Shown here: piece after piece, positions 18,524 to 28,050 of the stretch
How positions within the stretch are numbered: position 1 is the stretch's first letter
How the letters are laid out: each line of letters starts with the position of its first letter
Sequence record: NC_048077.1
DNA: 64,000 nt
Direction: 5' to 3' (one strand)
The notes under the pieces: model-generated
What the model saw: only the letters and a program-made list of their open reading frames with translations
What the model was told of the DNA's origin: nothing
Databases searched by the model: none
Translations under genes and position numbers: made by a program

Positions 18524-19012
18524 TTACCTAAACTTGCCTCCACGCCATGCAGCATGGATTAGAAGACGGGAAAGGATTTTGTTTGATGTTTCGTGTGCTG
18601 TAGCATTCTTCTTAACTCTGGCATTGCCTAAAGAAGTTACAACAATAATCCCTGCGCCGCTGCCTTTAATGCGAGCAAGAATTTTCTCTCCGTGAGATTC
18701 AAACAAACGCTCAGAAATAACGAAATAAAACTTGTGGCAGTATTCAAAGTATTTGTGCCATTTCTTATCAGAAGAAAAATCAGCCCAACTACTTTTAACC
18801 TCAGAGATTACTACATGACATTTTGTGTTGAGTGACCAAACATCTGCACGTAGATTGCCGTATTTGTTCAAACCAAATTCAATGTGATTAGAATATCTCT
18901 TATCAATCCAGTAACCCACAACTGCTTCCGTTAAAAAGGCAGTTGTCTCGCCACGCGACAAACTTGTGAAAACAACTGCGGGTTTCCTGATTTTAATTCT
19001 TCTACGACGCAC
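18524..19012 (-). CDS. MmcB-like PD-(D/E)xK nuclease
   Basis: RADV...ISEVKSSWADF.SDKKWHKYFEYCHKFYF matches the MmcB family pattern. Confidence 0.8.
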   Translation of the reverse strand: MRRRRIKIRKPAVVFTSLSRGETTAFLTEAVVGYWIDKRYSNHIEFGLNKYGNLRADVWSLNTKCHVVISEVKSSWADFSSDKKWHKYFEYCHKFYFVISERLFESHGEKILARIKGSGAGIIVVTSLGNARVKKNATAHETSNKILSRLLIHAAWRGGKFR

Positions 19013-19454
19013 CTAATTCCAACTTCTTAATTGCCTGTTTAAGAACAGGTTTCCAATCACGATCAATTTTCTTGAGTGCGTCTTCGGCGAGGAACCAACG
19101 GCGCTCGCGTTGAGCAACTTCCAGATAGTTATCAAGTTCTTCATGCACCTGCATCAAAAACCATGTTACTTTCTGGAGTCTTCCGGTACTGCCTTTGACG
19201 TATTCCATTTTGGCAATTTTCTTACCGGGAACACCGCGCAGACCTGCTTCTTCCATTGCTTCTTTAATCGCGCTCGCTTCCAACGAAAGATCCGGCTCTT
19301 TACCGCCTTTTGGTAATCCCCAATTGTTCGCGTGCTTTGTGCGAATCATGCAGATTTCCAGATCACCTTCGTCGTTGTAGCGATAAGGAATAACGCCGCT
19401 CTGTTTACGAGGCTTGCGCCCGTCGCCTTCATCCAGCGTGAGAAAAACTTTCAT
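19002..19454 (-). CDS. Nudix hydrolase (DIPP/Ap6A-like subfamily)
   Basis: SGVIPYR, WGLPKGG, and Nudix box G-x5-E-x7-KEAMEEAG. Confidence 0.9.
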   Translation of the reverse strand: MKVFLTLDEGDGRKPRKQSGVIPYRYNDEGDLEICMIRTKHANNWGLPKGGKEPDLSLEASAIKEAMEEAGLRGVPGKKIAKMEYVKGSTGRLQKVTWFLMQVHEELDNYLEVAQRERRWFLAEDALKKIDRDWKPVLKQAIKKLELGAS

Positions 19455-19957
19455 AGATAATCGTTCGCTCTCGGTTTAGGTTCATCCCAATCCCAAGCAC
19501 GGTCTACCCAAAAACCTGCGTTGGAAAGTGAATCGACTGCGCTACGAATTGTTGAGCTTCCAACAACCACGTATTCAACAACCGTGTTACCGACATTATA
19601 CCCATACTTGTAGTTACCCAAGCAATAGGCAAACGACGACTGTTTTGGATCGAAAAGAATTTCTCCCGACTGACTCACGACGATTGCGCTGCACGGCGCA
19701 CCTTCCGGAACAGTAGAAAGAATTTCAATTCGAGCGAGCGGATTGCGGCGATAGCAACGCTGAACGAATTGAGCACAATCAGCGAACGAACGCGCAATAT
19801 TTGCAGCGCGGCTATCGTTGTATTGATATGCGTCTTCGATGATATTGCGTGCGCCAGTAAGATTAAAGCCAGCAGCGGCAATCATGATAGCCAGCGAAGA
19901 CGGTTCAATCTGCGAAGCAAAAGTGTTTGAACCAAACACTTCCGGAAACGTTTTCAT
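19451..19957 (-). CDS. Hypothetical protein
   Basis: Start refined to MKTFPE (GGGAGA RBS); TAATTT motif upstream. Confidence 0.7.
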   Translation of the reverse strand: MKTFPEVFGSNTFASQIEPSSLAIMIAAAGFNLTGARNIIEDAYQYNDSRAANIARSFADCAQFVQRCYRRNPLARIEILSTVPEGAPCSAIVVSQSGEILFDPKQSSFAYCLGNYKYGYNVGNTVVEYVVVGSSTIRSAVDSLSNAGFWVDRAWDWDEPKPRANDYL

Positions 19958-19983
19958 AAATATCTCCCAATGAATTGTCTTAC

Positions 19984-20260
19984 TCAAATTAGCGAGTTTG
20001 GACAACTCAGTATTTGCATACGCGACGATGTACGCAGAATACCGCCAACCTGTACGCCGTATTTGGTGGGATGTTTTTCACGCGTCCAGTTCACATTAAC
20101 TTTCGCAAACTGTCTTATTGCTTGATTGGCGAATTTTCCGCGTAGAATAAGCAAATGGCTCCCATGAGGAAGCCCTAATTTGCGCGTAGAATCGCATACG
20201 AGTTTGAAGATGTTTCTGGCGTGAATTTCAGTAACTTCCTCTTCGCAAAAAATTCTAATC
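19984..20260 (-). CDS. Possible short hypothetical protein (start uncertain)
   Basis: Fills the gap between flanking genes; the 5' part of the track ORF overlaps the next gene by about 160 nt, so the true start is unresolved. Confidence 0.35.
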
Positions 20261-20881
20261 TTTAGCAAAGCCGATTTCCCCGGTGTGGCCTGACAGCACA
20301 AACATACTTTTGCAAAGCTGTTCGTTAGGAACTTCGACACCCGGAATTGTATCATCGAAAAGATGAACCACAATATCAGGACTGTTAAAATGCGGAATAT
20401 CGCCGAAGCGTGCAATCAGAATTGATTTGCCGTTCAGAGATTCTTTATCGGTATACAGCACCGAAGGATCAAGACTGCCGGCACCGATCCAAATAACAGA
20501 TGCAACATGCGGAAGATTTTCTTCTAACGCCAGCGTAGGCACGCTTTCCAGAATTTCCAGATCGATGTTTTCAGTTTTGAAATACTCTTCAAGACTGCAA
20601 AGAATGCACGAACGATTTTCCGGACGACGATGACGCTTGAGGCTAACGAACGGCTTGTTGCATTTAAACGTCAGTTGATCGGTAATATACGTGCCGTTTT
20701 CAACATCTACATCTTCCGACTCCAAAGCATACACCGAAGCCAACACGCCTTGCTGAATTCCAGCCCAACGATTGTGGAGTTCGCGATCATTAGTTCCACG
20801 CAAAGTTACATCCGTGCGCAGAGTACGCAGAATGCCATCAGCGATGAAAGAGACTAAAAGTTTTTTGCGGAGAAAGTACAT
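20255..20881 (-). CDS. Hypothetical protein
   Basis: 208-aa ORF colinear with the operon. Confidence 0.7.
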   Translation of the reverse strand: MYFLRKKLLVSFIADGILRTLRTDVTLRGTNDRELHNRWAGIQQGVLASVYALESEDVDVENGTYITDQLTFKCNKPFVSLKRHRRPENRSCILCSLEEYFKTENIDLEILESVPTLALEENLPHVASVIWIGAGSLDPSVLYTDKESLNGKSILIARFGDIPHFNSPDIVVHLFDDTIPGVEVPNEQLCKSMFVLSGHTGEIGFAKD

Positions 20882-20893
20882 ATAGATATTTCC

Positions 20894-21679
20894 TTAGTTC
20901 AGATCAATTCGATTAGCATTCACTTTGTACCCGGCGGCTTCATGCTTAACATCGCCAGATACTTTCAACGTGTCGCTGCCCTTCACGGTTGTTTTTCGGT
21001 TGCCGTGAATCTCGACCGTTTGATTGCCTTTGATTAAAGTGTACTGATTGCCAGCGCTACCTTTTGCAGCACCTTTAAACGCAACACGTTTCTTTTGATC
21101 CGATTGCAGGGAACGTGCAATAAGAACCGGATCTTCTGAAATGTATTTAGGAACATCAGATTTCGAATCGGTCACGGTTAATTGTTGGTTCCCGATAATC
21201 GTTTGGTTCACATCGCCATAAATAACAAAATGAAAATCGCCGCCGTGAATCAAGATACACTCTTTCGTCATTCGGTCTACGATCATTTGTGTTGCGCTAC
21301 TCAAACGATGCACCATGCGATGCGGATAGTTCACCAATGCTTCCGGAAGCATATCGGCCTCAGTGGGTCGCGCTTCCATCGTGTATTCGCCAGTGTACAT
21401 ATCCCCTGTAGGGAACTTTACAGAAATCTTTGAGTTACGTTGAGGAACATTAAAAGTTCCAAACGCGTGAACATCAGATCCGCCTTTCCATCCTTCAACT
21501 TGTCTCATCTTAGGACGCAACCACGGCAAATCTTTATCTTCGATGTTGTCAAAAATTCCTACGATGCGTGCGCGAACTTGACCAATTCTTTTTGGATCGT
21601 TGGTGTCCACAACAACAGCTTCGTAATCCATGTTTGGGTCAATGCCCTTTTTCTGGACGTGACCGTTTAAATTCATCAT
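20894..21679 (-). CDS. Baseplate central spike (gp5/gpV-like OB-fold plus beta-helix)
   Basis: AVVVDTNDPKRIGQVRARI...LPW..P N-terminal OB-fold; C-terminal I.GNQ...V.G repeats. Confidence 0.85.
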   Translation of the reverse strand: MMNLNGHVQKKGIDPNMDYEAVVVDTNDPKRIGQVRARIVGIFDNIEDKDLPWLRPKMRQVEGWKGGSDVHAFGTFNVPQRNSKISVKFPTGDMYTGEYTMEARPTEADMLPEALVNYPHRMVHRLSSATQMIVDRMTKECILIHGGDFHFVIYGDVNQTIIGNQQLTVTDSKSDVPKYISEDPVLIARSLQSDQKKRVAFKGAAKGSAGNQYTLIKGNQTVEIHGNRKTTVKGSDTLKVSGDVKHEAAGYKVNANRIDLN

Positions 21680-23559
21680 GCGCCAGCCCTCGGCAAGTAC
21701 ATTGAAAGTTTCTGACCATTCGGAGCGCCGAACTTGCTACTGCCATCGACAGTACCATCACCCATACTGCAAAGAAGATTTCTTAAATTCTCTTCGGCCT
21801 GACGAATTAACTGCGACAGATTTGTACTAGGGCCAAACAGTTTTGAAATCGAACTTGCATCCAAACATTTATCGGGCAATTCATCTTTTATCGCACGCTG
21901 CAAATCTTCGAGTTTGTTGCTTACGCAGCTTTGAGAGAATTGTGGCCCACCCATGTAGTAATCAGGAATATCCCCGTTAGCAATAAGGCCGTTGATATCA
22001 GAAGTAAATCCGTTCAACAATCCTTCCATCTGATCAATACGATTCGCAAGAGCGCTCAAAATAGTTGGGCCAAAGTCGATTGCAATGTTGATACTCAATT
22101 TCTCTAAGCTGTTCAGCACATCACAAATCCCTGTAAGGAATCGCGCCATGTTAAATTCTTGCATCAGAGAATTTAAAAAGTCAGCACCTTCGCCGTATTT
22201 CTCAGCCAGTTCCGGAAAGCTGAAAATATCGCTATCCATTTTAAACTGATCCAGCATTACATTGAGACGCAATTCATGATTCGAGAAAATACGGTCAATA
22301 GCACTGGTGCCGTCCATAGCCTGCTTTAATGCGGAGTTGATTTGGAACGGGCGCAGAATATTAGCCACGGTCTGAACGGGAACATTCAGAATATTTTTGC
22401 CGCCGCCAATATTGGTTTCACCTTTTACCGGAGTGAAGTTTCGCGCAAGCAAAAATGTTTCGGCATAGCTGTTTTGCACAATGCTTTTTGTTCTGCCGAT
22501 AACAATCCAGTTGCCCGAAGTTTTCACATCCATGTTCCCGTTACCATCACGCAAAGGGAAACTTGCTTTGACTTCAACGCAACTCAACAAAGGAATTCCG
22601 GAAACACCACCAACATAAAGAGCACGCGCAGTTTCGGTATACGCCATGCTTTGACGTTTCCAGTTGTAGTACGCTTGCTGGAAATTTTTATGCAGATTTA
22701 TATCAGCAGTTGGACGCGCATACGCCTGACGAGTTCCTACAATGCCTTCACGAATATCGCTGTTAACGTTTAACGGATCTTTTCCGGCAACAGTGACGCC
22801 TTTCAGTTCGTTGGTTTTACCGTCCGAACTATTCCACATCAGAGTATCGCCGTAGTTACTGATTCCGTTCATTACGCCGGAAGAGGATTTAGGACGAAAC
22901 TCTTTAATAGGTAATTCACTGCCTTGATGTTCGACGTTGAAGCACAAAACATATTGCGCTTGTTTTATAAGTTCTCCGTTAACATCACGAACAACCATTC
23001 GCTTATCAGCAGTGATAACAACTTTAGGAAGTGCCTCATCGCTGATCCACATATGCTGTTCGATTTCGTGCATAAAGCGTTTCGGACTTTGCGCAGCGCT
23101 CAACCACAACATATTGTCATCGGTCTGAACGTTGCTGTCCAAAGTTAATCCGCATGTATCGCAGATTTTCTTTAACGCCTGAACACTTGAACCGCGCAAA
23201 CTGAATCCCGCAGTATCGTAAATAAATTTATTGGCATTGATTGCAGCCACGACACGCAGAACACGCAAACCATCTTCATCGTATTCTTTTACGGCAATGG
23301 TTGCGAACGTTGAAGTTTCTGCGTTTTCTAATGTGCTTCCCATTGTGATAGACAACTGAGTTCCATCAACAATCGCATGTTTATCGCGAAGCACGTTGTT
23401 GCGGTCAACGAAAATAATAACTGCGCTTGGGATAGAGAAAGTATTTTCCAGAATGTGAATTGAGCGAATCAATCCCGGAGACACTGGCAAACTTTTTCCA
23501 TCAACGAGAAGGGAGACATAACTTTGACCGTGTACGCCTCCGTAAGATTCTCCGACCAT
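21676..23559 (-). CDS. Baseplate hub protein (gp27/gpD-like) with C-terminal extension
   Basis: Adjacent to the spike; hub-like N-terminus (IHILENTFSIPSA..IFVD) and SGNWIVIG..K motif. Confidence 0.65.
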   Translation of the reverse strand: MVGESYGGVHGQSYVSLLVDGKSLPVSPGLIRSIHILENTFSIPSAVIIFVDRNNVLRDKHAIVDGTQLSITMGSTLENAETSTFATIAVKEYDEDGLRVLRVVAAINANKFIYDTAGFSLRGSSVQALKKICDTCGLTLDSNVQTDDNMLWLSAAQSPKRFMHEIEQHMWISDEALPKVVITADKRMVVRDVNGELIKQAQYVLCFNVEHQGSELPIKEFRPKSSSGVMNGISNYGDTLMWNSSDGKTNELKGVTVAGKDPLNVNSDIREGIVGTRQAYARPTADINLHKNFQQAYYNWKRQSMAYTETARALYVGGVSGIPLLSCVEVKASFPLRDGNGNMDVKTSGNWIVIGRTKSIVQNSYAETFLLARNFTPVKGETNIGGGKNILNVPVQTVANILRPFQINSALKQAMDGTSAIDRIFSNHELRLNVMLDQFKMDSDIFSFPELAEKYGEGADFLNSLMQEFNMARFLTGICDVLNSLEKLSINIAIDFGPTILSALANRIDQMEGLLNGFTSDINGLIANGDIPDYYMGGPQFSQSCVSNKLEDLQRAIKDELPDKCLDASSISKLFGPSTNLSQLIRQAEENLRNLLCSMGDGTVDGSSKFGAPNGQKLSMYLPRAGA

Positions 23560-23562
23560 AAG

Positions 23563-23784
23563 TTACTCCTGAGCAAATGCGCCAGATTTAAAACGAATAG
23601 CGATGTTCTTCATACCTAACGCTTCGAGACGACTATTAACGCACAAAGGGCAGAGCGATCCCTGTTCAAGACCGTCTGCCTCTGGCGTTGCTTCTCGAAG
23701 TAATTGCCACGCGGTTTCAGAAATGACAAATTCCGGAAAAGAATTTGCCGAACACCACGCGCAAAAATTCAGAGAAACTTTCAT
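23563..23784 (-). CDS. Small zinc-binding protein
   Basis: CAWC...CPLC pair; AGGT RBS. Confidence 0.65.
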   Translation of the reverse strand: MKVSLNFCAWCSANSFPEFVISETAWQLLREATPEADGLEQGSLCPLCVNSRLEALGMKNIAIRFKSGAFAQE

Positions 23785-23790
23785 GTAACC

Positions 23791-24189
23791 TCACATTTCG
23801 TCCAGCAAATCCTGTAAGGCACCAATAACAGATTCCAGAACTTCTCTATCAGCCGGGAGATTGAAACCGCCTTTGCCAATTTTCATTTCCGGATCTGCTT
23901 TGGTGCAATACATTTTTCGAATGGCAACAACTTCTTTGCCGTAGAATTCAGAAGTCTCGATCTTGATAGCACTGTTTTCACCAGTACGGATAAAGTCTTC
24001 TTTGGATTTCTTTTTAGACTTCTTAGGCTTCTCAATCTTCGCTTCTTTCTTGAATGTATCAAAGCCTTCCTGAATGATGTTTTTCTTCTTTTCCGAAACT
24101 TTCTTTTTCGTTTTAGACTTTGGTTTGTCTTCAACGACTTTTTTAGTTTTGGATTTGCTACGAACAATTTTACCGTTGACGATTGGCAT
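23791..24189 (-). CDS. PC4/p15-like ssDNA-binding protein with Lys-rich N-terminal tail
   Basis: IKIETSEFYGKEVVAIRKMY...MKIGKGGFNL matches the PC4 pattern (V.EF.G..YIDIR..Y....P.KKG..L). Confidence 0.75.
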   Translation of the reverse strand: MPIVNGKIVRSKSKTKKVVEDKPKSKTKKKVSEKKKNIIQEGFDTFKKEAKIEKPKKSKKKSKEDFIRTGENSAIKIETSEFYGKEVVAIRKMYCTKADPEMKIGKGGFNLPADREVLESVIGALQDLLDEM

Positions 24190-24482
24190 TAGATCGTTGT
24201 CCTTGAAACTTTCCGCACTGGCTGTTTAGGCCGCTGAATCGGAATACGAATCAACATGCCTGCAACCATTTCGCTTGGATGAAAAAGACCGTTGGCTATC
24301 AGGATATGACGCCAGTAAGCATTAGTGCCAAACTGCTTGTGAGAAACCATTTGAGGGTTTCCCGCTAACGAGGCATCTATCCTGACATTTACAGTATTCG
24401 AAGTTTCAATTTCATCAAACAGCGTAACAAGAAGAGGATCAATACCAAACTTATCTACGGGTGTTGATTGCCACTGAGCCAT
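24189..24482 (-). CDS. Baseplate wedge gp53/LysM-like protein
   Basis: PQMVSHKQFGTNAYWRHILIANGL.HP..M.AG..IRIP, a tail-X/LysM-like pattern. Confidence 0.75.
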   Translation of the reverse strand: MAQWQSTPVDKFGIDPLLVTLFDEIETSNTVNVRIDASLAGNPQMVSHKQFGTNAYWRHILIANGLFHPSEMVAGMLIRIPIQRPKQPVRKVSRTTI

Positions 24483-25258
24483 TTTGCAAGATCCTCGCGA
24501 GTAACAGCAAAGTAACTTGAAATTTGCAGAACGAAATCAACAGAGATTGGGTTCCCTGTTCCATCTTCCCACACGTTATCAAAGTTAGCGGAAACTGAAT
24601 CAACCACACACGGAGACATTGAGAAAAAGTTACCAATGTCTACCGTGAAACTTTCAGCATCATCAGCAGGGTTAACAATATTTGTACCTGCCGCCTGATT
24701 GATACTCTGAATTGCGGAGTCTGCAAGTTGGTTGATTGGAATTGGCCCTGGTGGAACTAAGATCCCCAATTTTTCAGAAGGCGCACACATACTCAAAAGA
24801 CCGATAATGTTTTTTACCACTTCGTCTCTTGAGTTATAATACGCATCCACGAATATCGGAAGATCGATTGACAGATAACTTGGGCCAGCCCATTTCTTAG
24901 CTGAAAACATTTTCACAAACGACGACGCACCGCCCATTGTCGCAGCACGCTGAATAATATCAGCGCGACTTGATAGTTGTGCGTTACGCGCAATTTGCTG
25001 TTCTGTTTCATTTTTTCGCATTCCGATCCCTTTCTGTGCAACGTCATTCAACGTTGTATCCGCATAAGGGTTCGTCCAGTTCGATGCAAGCGAGAAACTA
25101 AAATCGGGAGGAATAAATCCAGTGAACGCAATCGAGTTCGATTTATTGTGAATCCTGACTTTATACATTGAATCGACGTTAATGATATCTTCGCGACCCA
25201 AAAGTTCCGTAGGCTTAATCGCTGGAGCGCCAGTCGATTTCATTAAATAGTTAGACAT
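24455..25258 (-). CDS. Baseplate tube cap/initiator (gp48/gp54-like)
   Basis: Tube-fold-like motifs (FFSMSPCVVDSVSANFD, PISVDFVLQIS); located after the tape-measure-like gene. Confidence 0.6.
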   Translation of the reverse strand: MSNYLMKSTGAPAIKPTELLGREDIINVDSMYKVRIHNKSNSIAFTGFIPPDFSFSLASNWTNPYADTTLNDVAQKGIGMRKNETEQQIARNAQLSSRADIIQRAATMGGASSFVKMFSAKKWAGPSYLSIDLPIFVDAYYNSRDEVVKNIIGLLSMCAPSEKLGILVPPGPIPINQLADSAIQSINQAAGTNIVNPADDAESFTVDIGNFFSMSPCVVDSVSANFDNVWEDGTGNPISVDFVLQISSYFAVTREDLAKWLSGNQHP

Positions 25259-28050
25259 TAGACGTATCCCACGTTAATCAGATTCAACATCGGATCTTCC
25301 AGAATAACAGGAATATCATCGAGTGACGGAGAAGATGCACCACTAGAAGGAGAGCCGCTTGACCGTGCGCCACCGCCAGAAGATCCGGAACTACGTGCGC
25401 CACCGCCCGAAGGAGTTGTACTCGCAGTTTCAGTAACAGGTGCGGCAGCAGGAGCAGGCATTTCTTCCAAAGGTTTAACACGTTCAACCTCCGGCGAAAC
25501 TTGTTCCTTCGTTGCCAAAGATTCACTGCGAACAGAAGTTGATTCCGGATCTTTATTCGCTGTAACAGTTCCAGCTTGAACTTGCTGGTTGCGAATAATT
25601 TCGTTGATCTTTTTATCATCATCACGCGTTACTTCGGGATGCGCTTTGATGTATGCAACTTTTCGCTGTAAGAAATCTTTGTGTTCACGGAGTTTCGCTA
25701 GTTCGGCTTCTTTTTCCGGAATAGATTTTTCTTCAAACGGAGCAGCAGGCGCAGGAGCAGGAGCCGCAGCATTTTTACGTGCATCATCGCGAACTTCTTG
25801 CGGAACACCAATAGGAGTTTCGGCACGCGGCGCGTCACCAGTAGCAGTAGGTTTCGCTTCCACTTGTGCGTTTTGGCGTTGCAGTTCATCAGGTGAGAAA
25901 GTTCCTTCTTTCTTTTCTGTCTTAACAGGTTCAGCAGAAGCAGCTTGTTTCTCTTTATCCTGTTCATGAACTTTCTTGAGAACATCCAATTCTCTTTGAG
26001 TTCGCGCAGCAACACCTTGCTGAACTTGTACGCTACTGCTTCGGAAATCATTTTGCACATTCGCAAGTTTATCTTGCTGGATGGCTTCAATTCTTTCCTC
26101 TTCCGTCATACTGTTAAAATCTTTTCCTCTAAATGCACGTTGGATTTTATCAGCGGCATTGCCTCCATACTGCATAGAAGTGGAGTAAACCAATTCTTTA
26201 AAAGCACGCCCCTGTTTATCCATATCAATACCTAAATTCTTTTCGAGCTTTTCCGCAGTTGGTGCGTAGTGAGTTCGAACCAGATATTGATATTGTGCAT
26301 CCTCCATGTCTTTCCCGCGTGTCGCTGCAACTTGACGATAACGTTCGTTAAATGCAGCGGTTCCCGGCGTCAATCCCATGAATTCGCCTGAAAGATCTTT
26401 CGCTTCCGGAGACGCAAGAAATTGCGACATACTTCCGTTAGCAGATGCGAGTTGATGTTTACCGTAACTGACACCGCCGTAATCACCAGCGCCACTACTT
26501 ACTGTTCCAACACCTTTGCCGCCACTCTCAAACTGTTCGGATACGCCACCGATTTTTTCGCTACTCAAAACTTTCTGAGCAATATCGTTTGCGCGTTGAG
26601 AAGTTTGTCCGGGGAATCGTGCAGGGCCACCGCCACCAAATCCGTAATTGAATCCAGCAGCCGCACCAGTTGGACTAGCGCCGCCCAAAGCAAGCGGCAT
26701 AAAGATTGGCGCAGCGTAACGCGAAGCAACAGGATTATCTAACAGCGATGCTTCCTGATCTTCTTTCTCTCTGCGTTTGCGATCTTCTTCGATTGCTTCA
26801 TCAGTTTCATCAGAAATTTTCTCTCCAACAAAACTACCGATCTTATCTCCGAGATAACCACCAAGCAAACCGCCGAGAGTTGCGCCGATTGCAGTACCGA
26901 AAACCGGAACAATACTACCGATAGTGCCACCTGCCCACATACCGATTGCTGTACCAGTTGCAGCGCCGCCAGTTGAAGTTATGTTTTGAACTTGAGCTTT
27001 TTTCTTCTCTTGTTCCGAAAGCGTATCATCATGCGCAATCTGATAGCTGTTATAAACACCATCAGCCGCAGTGACCGCAGCGCCTACGCCGGGAACACGT
27101 TTCGCACCTGCAAGTAAAAGCGCCGCAGTTGTTCCGGTATCCCACATCGCATCCTGCTTATCACGCGCTTCTTCTTTTTCTGCAATTTGCTGTTCAGTCA
27201 AAGGAGGCTTAACAGTTTGATCTGCGCGTGGAACTTCTGTTCCTGTTTGTGCAGGTTTCGGCGTTGCTTCTTCCGGTTGTGCTACGGAGGCAGTCGGATT
27301 TTGCTGTTCGGAATTTTCATCGCCGTAGTTATCATGACCGTCTTCCAGATTTTCACTGGAATCAGATTTCATTAAATAACCTGCGCCCAAACCGGTAGCG
27401 GCAAGCGCAACTAAACCTGCGATTTTTCCGGCGCGACTTCTACCAAAACGACCGAGACGCATACGGCGTAAACGACTGCGAGAGCTTCGCGATCCTCTGC
27501 GCCCATTTCGTTGACGACGTTTGCCTCGTTCATCAGCACCATTACCATCAGGCAGAAGATCATCAACCCCTAATCCATCATCACCGCCACCACCGCGAGT
27601 ATCGCGGTCAGTTGATGGAGGCGCAATAGATGAATCAGCTTTTGCTTTATGATCATCAAGAAACGCACGTTGTTGTGTCCACTTCAACCAATCCGCTAAA
27701 GTTTTCGCAACCTGTTTTGTTGAGGAAGTTGATTCATCAACAGACTTGATTAAATCATTTGTGTCTTCGCTTTGTTCTGCAAAAACAGTTTCCAGCGCTT
27801 TAACAACATCGCGATTATCAGGTCTTGTTGTTGTAGTTTGTTGAGCACGCATTTCACGATTTGCTTTTCGCGATCCGGTGCCAACATACTCTTCGTAATA
27901 TTCAAAACCTTCCGGAAACATTTCAGTAAGGCTTTTCTTTTTACGCTTTCTCTTTGGAGCACCTTGAGCCTGAATGTGTGCATCGTCAGCGTGACTCATC
28001 ATCAATTCAAGCGCAGATAGTTGTTCCTCAGAGATCATAGATGCGTCCAT
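25258..28050 (-). CDS. Tape-measure/hub-like protein with glycine-zipper segments and a lysozyme-like peptidoglycan hydrolase domain
   Basis: GTAIGMWAGG...GATLGGLLGG zipper; SEQFESGG...GGVSYGKHQLAS motif recalled from VgrG3-like muramidase domains. Confidence 0.75.
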   Translation of the reverse strand: MDASMISEEQLSALELMMSHADDAHIQAQGAPKRKRKKKSLTEMFPEGFEYYEEYVGTGSRKANREMRAQQTTTTRPDNRDVVKALETVFAEQSEDTNDLIKSVDESTSSTKQVAKTLADWLKWTQQRAFLDDHKAKADSSIAPPSTDRDTRGGGGDDGLGVDDLLPDGNGADERGKRRQRNGRRGSRSSRSRLRRMRLGRFGRSRAGKIAGLVALAATGLGAGYLMKSDSSENLEDGHDNYGDENSEQQNPTASVAQPEEATPKPAQTGTEVPRADQTVKPPLTEQQIAEKEEARDKQDAMWDTGTTAALLLAGAKRVPGVGAAVTAADGVYNSYQIAHDDTLSEQEKKKAQVQNITSTGGAATGTAIGMWAGGTIGSIVPVFGTAIGATLGGLLGGYLGDKIGSFVGEKISDETDEAIEEDRKRREKEDQEASLLDNPVASRYAAPIFMPLALGGASPTGAAAGFNYGFGGGGPARFPGQTSQRANDIAQKVLSSEKIGGVSEQFESGGKGVGTVSSGAGDYGGVSYGKHQLASANGSMSQFLASPEAKDLSGEFMGLTPGTAAFNERYRQVAATRGKDMEDAQYQYLVRTHYAPTAEKLEKNLGIDMDKQGRAFKELVYSTSMQYGGNAADKIQRAFRGKDFNSMTEEERIEAIQQDKLANVQNDFRSSSVQVQQGVAARTQRELDVLKKVHEQDKEKQAASAEPVKTEKKEGTFSPDELQRQNAQVEAKPTATGDAPRAETPIGVPQEVRDDARKNAAAPAPAPAAPFEEKSIPEKEAELAKLREHKDFLQRKVAYIKAHPEVTRDDDKKINEIIRNQQVQAGTVTANKDPESTSVRSESLATKEQVSPEVERVKPLEEMPAPAAAPVTETASTTPSGGGARSSGSSGGGARSSGSPSSGASSPSLDDIPVILEDPMLNLINVGYV

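Noticed and set aside
20255-20415. 160-nt overlap between two minus-strand ORFs
   Set aside because: Most likely an over-extended ORF call for 19984..20415 rather than true dual coding.
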